This document shows, one piece after another, positions 57,469 through 64,000 of a DNA stretch of 64,000 nucleotides. Positions within the stretch are counted from its first letter, which is position 1; each line of letters begins with the position of its first letter. A program made the translations under genes and the position numbers. The notes beneath the pieces are model-generated. The model had not been told where the DNA came from. It saw only the letters and a program-made list of their open reading frames with translations, and ran no database searches. Source of the DNA: Geosiphon pyriformis uo1 (lineage: Eukaryota; Fungi; Glomeromycota); assembly GCA_016748015.1 (NCBI GenBank), contig JAAOMT010000074.1:186001-250000 (forward strand), written 5' to 3'.

Positions 57469-59086
57469 AAGGAGGAAATAATGTTACTCATAGAAATATA
57501 GAAAAGATATATTAGCATAGTTATTAGCCAATCAGAAGTAGACATAGTAAATGTGAAATTCCAGGATTCCTCTCAGGAATTGCAGAATTCCAGGAATTGC
57601 AGGATTCTCACGAGAAATTGCAGTATTCCAGAATTCCAGAATTCCTGTCATGAAGAATTAAGGAATTGAGGAATCTCAATTATGTATATATAGAAGTAGT
57701 GTTAGAAATTGAAAAGACAGACCTTCCAGTTTAGATTTAATCTAAGCAACCTTCCAAAATCACAATTATCAATAAATAACTATTTGTTATCACAATCCAT
57801 TCTCTACTATCAACATTTCATGTTGATAGACATTGATACTTAACCACACTGGAACAATAGTTCTTGATCACAACTATTGACAGGATACTAATTTGCATAT
57901 TGTCTTGGCTATTTCTTTATTTCTTTTATTTTTTTTTTCTTTCTTTATTTTTTTTTTCTTTGATTTTATTGTTGTATACTAATTGATTAAGAATTAAAGC
58001 ACTGAGTTATTAATGTCACAGATAGCCTGGTAAAAGACCCAGAAATAAGAGTAATAATATATATATTAACAGATAGCTTACCAGAAGGACATGACTGCCA
58101 GAATAAATCTGGTCACCAAGCTGAGAAAGAAATTGGGAAACAACTGAAACAAAATTGTGAATACCAACACTACTGAATCTCTGTTCATTATACAAAAGAC
58201 TCATTTGGAAAACCTTCAAAACACTAAAACCTTCAGATCATTATCATTAATGCGAATAGCTTTCAAGCACCAAGTTACAGGTTTGTTATTTGACTTGAAA
58301 CCCCAAATAATCACCTGTAACAGCATGAACTATCTTCATTGAAGTTCTTACTCAAGACAATGAAAGAAGATACATTCACTGTCTTTGCAATCAAAGAGTT
58401 GATTTCGCCAGCTTGAGAGAGACAAACTGCCAGAAAAGCACCAGCATAGAGCCCCAAAATCAAAACAGAAAGATTATTTTTGAAAAGCAACTTAACAGAT
58501 AGCAACTAATCAGACACCTCAAAAACTTTGCACACATAACAAACCAAAAAAATGTACATAATAATAGCAACACCAAAACCCAAGTAGTCAGAGTTCAAAC
58601 CAAAAGTAAAAACACAGACATTATTGAACTTATTAGCAATCCACAGATAGATTTTATCTTTCAACTTAGTTTCAGTAATAATCGAAATTAAATTGCCCAT
58701 ATTCTTATGCCAACAAACAATATCTTTTTGTTTCACAAGATTGTTTATATCCTGAGCATTGCATGTAGCAATTTTCCAAACCAAACTGATCATTGAGATG
58801 AAGAAAGAACTGACAAATCCAAACTAGAACACAAACAATCTAATCTTTCTAAAACTGAATTAATTGATGTCTCTAAAGCCACTATTTTTGATTTCAATCT
58901 ATTTACTTTGATGGTTAGAACCTTAGAACTATTAAAACTAAAATTGACAACCAAATCTAAACCTACAGAGGAAGAGGGAATAGACAATACCAACACATTA
59001 TCTAAAACCATATCCAAATCTAGAATAGGAGCTAAGAAAACAGGAACAACCAAAGAAAGCATGAAAAAAGATATAGTCAAAAACAC

Positions 59087-62000
59087 TGTTACCAGTAGAA
59101 TTTTAGCTATTAATTAGCAGGAAAATTACCCTTATAATTCCTATAATTAATTAGTATATTAATATTATTTCAAATTATCATTTATTATTTAATCAATTAT
59201 TACATATCACAATTCAATTAAATAATCCAATTAGTATAACAGAAAGTAGGATAATCAAATTACACAATACTCTGAACTTTGTAACATTCTAAAATTCGCC
59301 AAAATTTGAGCAAAGAGAAAAAGTGCAAGTTCATAGACTAGTACTACAACAATTTGTATAAAAAGAAGAGTTTTTCTCTTTAAGAAAATGTATCTTACCA
59401 TAGTAACTTACTTTAAATATCTTAATTGGAACAAATCATCTTTTTACAAAATCAAATAAAAATTAAAATATTTGAAAACCAAATCCTTAAAATTATTATA
59501 CTTGAAATTCTCTCAACACAACTAACATTTTGAAATTGATTAGCTATCAATTTCAGTAATTTGTTAGTAACTCCAGGCCTGAATAGAAAACATTTCCCTT
59601 GAAAGAATTCTATTTCTTTTACATTTTTTTTATTTTCTTTCTTCTTTTTATTACAATCATTAGGGTAGTTTACAGACAAGATTCCTGTAGAAGAGTTGAC
59701 TTTCACAGCAAAGTAACTACACATTTTAGTGAGCTTTCAGATGAGCAATTCCTGGAAAAGAGTTGACATTTGCTACAACATAACTACATAAAGTAATTGG
59801 TAAGGAATTAGTCATTCCACTTATAAGTCCAGCAGTTCAAATTATAGGAGATAATTTGAAGATAAATTCAGTTATTGGAGGTTCAACTACTTCTGGAAAA
59901 CGTGAATTTGCAACCAACAGACATTTACAGCATTCAAGAAAAGAGACCAAAAATCTCTGGTAACATTTGGTGCTCTTCCATGGAAATAACACAGCAACAA
60001 CAAATTCAAAGTGGCAACCACACCAGACACAACAACTCTAAAGTATTACCAGTCAATTTACACCCACTGCAAGCAAAGATTCAACATTCCAGACAGAATT
60101 GAAGTTGTCAAGAAATCAGTATACCAATACATTGAAAACTGTATCAACAATTATTTTTTTGGAAACTACAACATTTCAGAAGTCAGAAGCAACCTCTACA
60201 ATAATTTAGTGCACTATTCACGATTGGGAACAGAAGACCTGAACAGCGAAACACTTGCTATTTACTTCCAAGAACTTAATTTTAACATTATTGAGTATTG
60301 TGAAGAAAAATACCCAGTACAGTCTCAATACTCTATTGACTTTGAATCAAAGACAAAAACAAGCAACAAAGACAAACAAAGATTGAAGCAATACTTAAGA
60401 ACCACTTTAAACACTCCAACACTACAAAAGACAACTGCCAAACACTTGCAAACATCTGAAAAAAGAACCAGTGTCAAATTACCACTTTCTATTACACTAT
60501 TTCTAATTTCACTTGTTCAACCACAAACACCAAATTCATCACTCAACCACTTCTCCAGACCTGAAGATTTTCAGTCACCTAGAAATCCTATTCAACAGCA
60601 GGAACCAATATCAACAAGTGCCAATATCATTAATTACTTACAGAAAAACGAAAGTAATCATTCAGAAAGCTTGAAAAGTGAAAAAACTGAATCAGAACCA
60701 GAAGAAATTACAGAAAACAAAAAAGAAATGGCAACTGCTTATATTGCAAAAATCCCAAAATTCACTGGTGAAGACAATAATACCAGTCCTCAAGAATGAC
60801 TTGACAAAGTTCAAAAAGCAGGAGATGCAAATGGTTGGATTGCAGCAAGAATGCTTAAAGCAATTCCCTACTTTCTTCAAGGAACAGCAGGAAAATGGTT
60901 TGAAAATTTTGAAAAACTATTTAAAAACTGGCAAGCATTCAAAGATGCTTTTCTACAACAATTCACCAACAACAATACCTCTATCACTCTCAGAAACTGC
61001 TTTCACAATATCAAACAAGAAACATCTGAAACTGTTATGACCTATCTTGGAAGATTTAACAAACTTCTCAAACAAATCTGACAATTGAAAACCAATGACT
61101 ACTATTCTGATGCTCAGATTTTGGATCAGTTTATAGCAGAATTAAAAGACAAACTGATTAAGAAAGTCTGCCCACATGCTCCAACAGACTTAGCAACTGC
61201 TATTAGACATGCAAAAAACTATGAAATGGCAATGGAAGAAGCAAATCACACCAAGCTTGTAAATCTTGCAATTAGAGAAACCAGCTCAGCAGCTGAAAAA
61301 AAAATAGACCAATTCACAAAGAAAGTTGAAAGCTATTTTACAAATCAACAACAACAGCAGCAACAACCACAAAGATATTAACCACCACAATAACACAACC
61401 AAAACAATTTTGGATCACTCTCCAACAACCAACCTCAAAATTGTCATTATTGTGGAATTCCAGGACACTGAAAACAAGATTGCAGAAAATTGCAAAGAGA
61501 CCAACAAAACAGAAGTAATCAACATTATTTTTCACCACAACAATCTTACTACCAACCTTCACCACCAACTTATTATTTACCAAGACCACAAAATCAAAAC
61601 AGTTACTATCAACCAGCTCCACAACCAATGCAGCAACAATATCAGCAACTTTTATTAATTCAACCATATCAGACACCACCCACTCAACAATATTAAGTAC
61701 TAGCAAGAAGATTGGTTCAACATAACCAATTTACACCCCAAAATCAATTTCAGAATAACAACAACAGAATCAATCCCAATAACCAGTTGGTTTCCCGAAA
61801 TTCTGGTCAGCAAAGACCCAACCACTACCATACTTAACTCAGTTATCTTACAATGTCTTAAGAATCGAATTTTCAACAACCTGCACTTTCTGAAGGTGAA
61901 GTTGCCATACCAAAATCAAACCCTTCCAACCACACCATTCCACCAGCTTAAATTGCCCAAAATGCCAATCTGTTAGATATATTTCCATTTGAATTTGAAG

Positions 62001-64000
62001 CAAATGAATCACCATTTCTGCTTAGTAATGCAGCAGTCAATAAACAGAAAGCAATTACTGCTATGTATACAGAAACTACAGTGGAAGGAAAACCCATTTG
62101 CTTAATCTTAGATAGTGGATCAGCTAGAAGTATCATCACTTACCAGCTGATGCAACAACTTAAACGAAATATAGACAGGCCAGCTCAAACAGTTATTGTC
62201 ACAGCTGATGGTATAAAGAAGACTCTAGTAAGAAAAATTGATGATTTCCCCTTTACAATTGATGGAATCACCATTCCAGTTAAAGTTTTTGTTATGAATA
62301 CACCCCAATACTAAGCTCTAGTCAGAAATAATTGGCTTCTCAAGGCTAATGCAAACCTGAACTGGAAAATTCAAGAACTTAAAATCTCATATCAAGGACA
62401 ATATACCATAATATCTGCAACCTGTGGTACCTTTAACAAACAATCAGAAAAAGCTCTAGTATTTGAATTTAAAGAAGAGAAAGAAATACCACTCACTGAA
62501 ACTTACATGGTTTTTGAATTACTATCCAATTGGGCTGAGAAAACAAAACAAGAGATTTTTGAAGAATTAAGAGAATGGAAGAAAGTTAGATATTCCATAC
62601 CAGAACCACAAAAAGAACCACCTTATATTCCACTCAAATGCAAAGATTGCAACAAAAAACTTTCATCAATGGGAGCATGTATTTCTCCAGAAGAGGAATA
62701 TGAAACTTGTACCTATTACTTTTGCAAAGCATGCCATAGAGAACAATTTGGATCTCCAAAAAGAAGTAAAAAATGGGACAACACACCTTGCCTTACATGT
62801 GGAGATATGCTACCAGAAGAATGCAACTAGATTGATATTGCAATGAGAGAAGGAGTATGTGATCAGACCTGTCAATATGCTCTATCAATTTCGGAAAAAG
62901 TCAGAAGAGAAACACTATTTGATGCAGCATACAACAGTGTTCTCAATAAACTTTACCACTATTCTCATAATGCTGAAATAATTTTTGACTTAGCAATGGC
63001 ATTGATTAATGGAGCCACACAAGAAAATGTCCACCAAATAAAAGAAGCTGAATATATTAAGTATACCATGGAATTAACTGGATTTGATTATGAAGATGAA
63101 GTAGAAACCTACCACCAAATTGCAAGTCACACATATCCGACCAAAGAAGCTCAAATTCAACGATTAGAGCAAATGAACATTCAATTGTGTGAAGAATGTG
63201 TTATGTCTTGTGATGACCAATGGTGTTTAGAATGTTATGCTCTTAGCATTCCTCTGCCAAATGAGAATGATGAAAATGAAATCGAATTTGGAGTATCTGA
63301 ACTAGTAAAAAAACTACCAACCACTCCTATCTATCTTCTTGAAAAGCAACCACCTCTACAACTTAAATATTTTAACAACCATGACCAAAGAATCAAACCA
63401 GAAAAAGCACACGAAATTGATGCTGTATATGACTTAAGATATTCAGGAAAAGATACTTTGGTTCTTCAACCAAAGTCCTTGACAAAAATCAATCTCAAAA
63501 TTGCTCTTGAAATTCCACCAGAAGCAATGATTCAAATTGCTTCCAGATCATTATTGGCAAGCAAAGGAATTAATATTAGAGGAGGAGTTATAGATGCAGG
63601 ATATACTGGAGACATTACCATTATGTTACAGAATAAGACAGACAAACTATTCAAAATTAAACATGCTGAAAAAATTGCTCAAGCAATTTACTTACCCTTA
63701 ATCAACATTTCAGGTTTACAATCAGTAAACAACAGAGAACAATTGGGAAAAAGTAAAAGAGGAACTCAAGATTTTGGTTCAACTAAACGATTTACAGTTT
63801 TAGTAAACATAGCTCTTAATACACAAAATGAATCTCACCAGATTCTTTAACTTCCCCAACCAATTACCATTTCACTTTTTGGAGAACATCACGAAATTTA
63901 CACTTGCTCAAAACCCACTACTACCCAACAAATCTTTGAATCCAATGAACAAATTTGTTTGAAGCATGAAATATTAATTCCAAATGTTTATATTCCCAAA
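59087..64000 (+). mobile_element. Gypsy-like family B element, truncated by window end (5' LTR 59087-59965)
   Basis: LTR TGTTACC..GGTAACA; PBS TGGTGCTCTTCC from 59968. Confidence 0.92.
60011..64000 (+). pseudogene. Family B ORF1: N-terminal extension, Gag, PR, Cys-rich domain, dUTPase (partial)
   Basis: MATAYIAKIPKFTG at 60728; CHYCGIPGH*KQDC; LILDSGSA; DAVYDL, GGVIDAGYTG, RGTQDFGST. Confidence 0.88.

Larger units (their letters stand above)
48413..58322 (+). mobile_element. Gypsy-like family A, copy A3 (LTRs 48413-49253 and 57482-58322)
   Basis: TSD GCAT (48409-48412, 58323-58326); PBS 49256-49272; PPT AAAAGGAGGAAATAA 57467-57481. Confidence 0.95.
34260..59086 (-). mobile_element. LINE-C, most decayed, split by three LTR insertions (pieces 34260-36615, 46442-48412, 58323-59086); 5' end outside window
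   Basis: Poly(A) at 34260-34270; shared 3' UTR; ORF2 pieces resume in order on each side of each insertion; ORF1/ORF2 junction at 58790-58793. Confidence 0.88.

Overview
AT-rich eukaryotic DNA with short GT-AG introns, most likely from an early-diverging fungus (Glomeromycotina-like; this is an inference from gene and repeat style). The first 4 kb hold one intact 11-exon gene for a C2/EF-hand phosphatidylserine decarboxylase (PSD2). From about 5.3 kb to the end is a nested block of dead retroelements. It contains three RNase H-bearing LINEs plus a remnant, all on the minus strand. Inserted into them are three full-length Ty3/Gypsy-like LTR elements of family A, one family-B element running off the window, and a family-B solo LTR. 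All LTR insertions with both ends visible have 4-bp TSDs, and every retroelement copy is degraded by C>T/G>A changes. The most interesting object is the LTR retroelement architecture, rebuilt by comparing copies. (1) Gag appears to start at a GUG upstream of an ATG-depleted 0.7-1 kb extension. (2) A single Gag-PR polyprotein continues into an unassigned Cys-rich domain, a dUTPase, a second dUTPase-like domain, RT and RNase H, then stops. (3) Integrase is a separate ORF with its own ATG and a Ginger1/GIN1-like N-terminus. (4) An unknown ~219-aa ORF abuts the PPT. (5) Target sites are centred on TG/CA, i.e. possibly decayed CpG.
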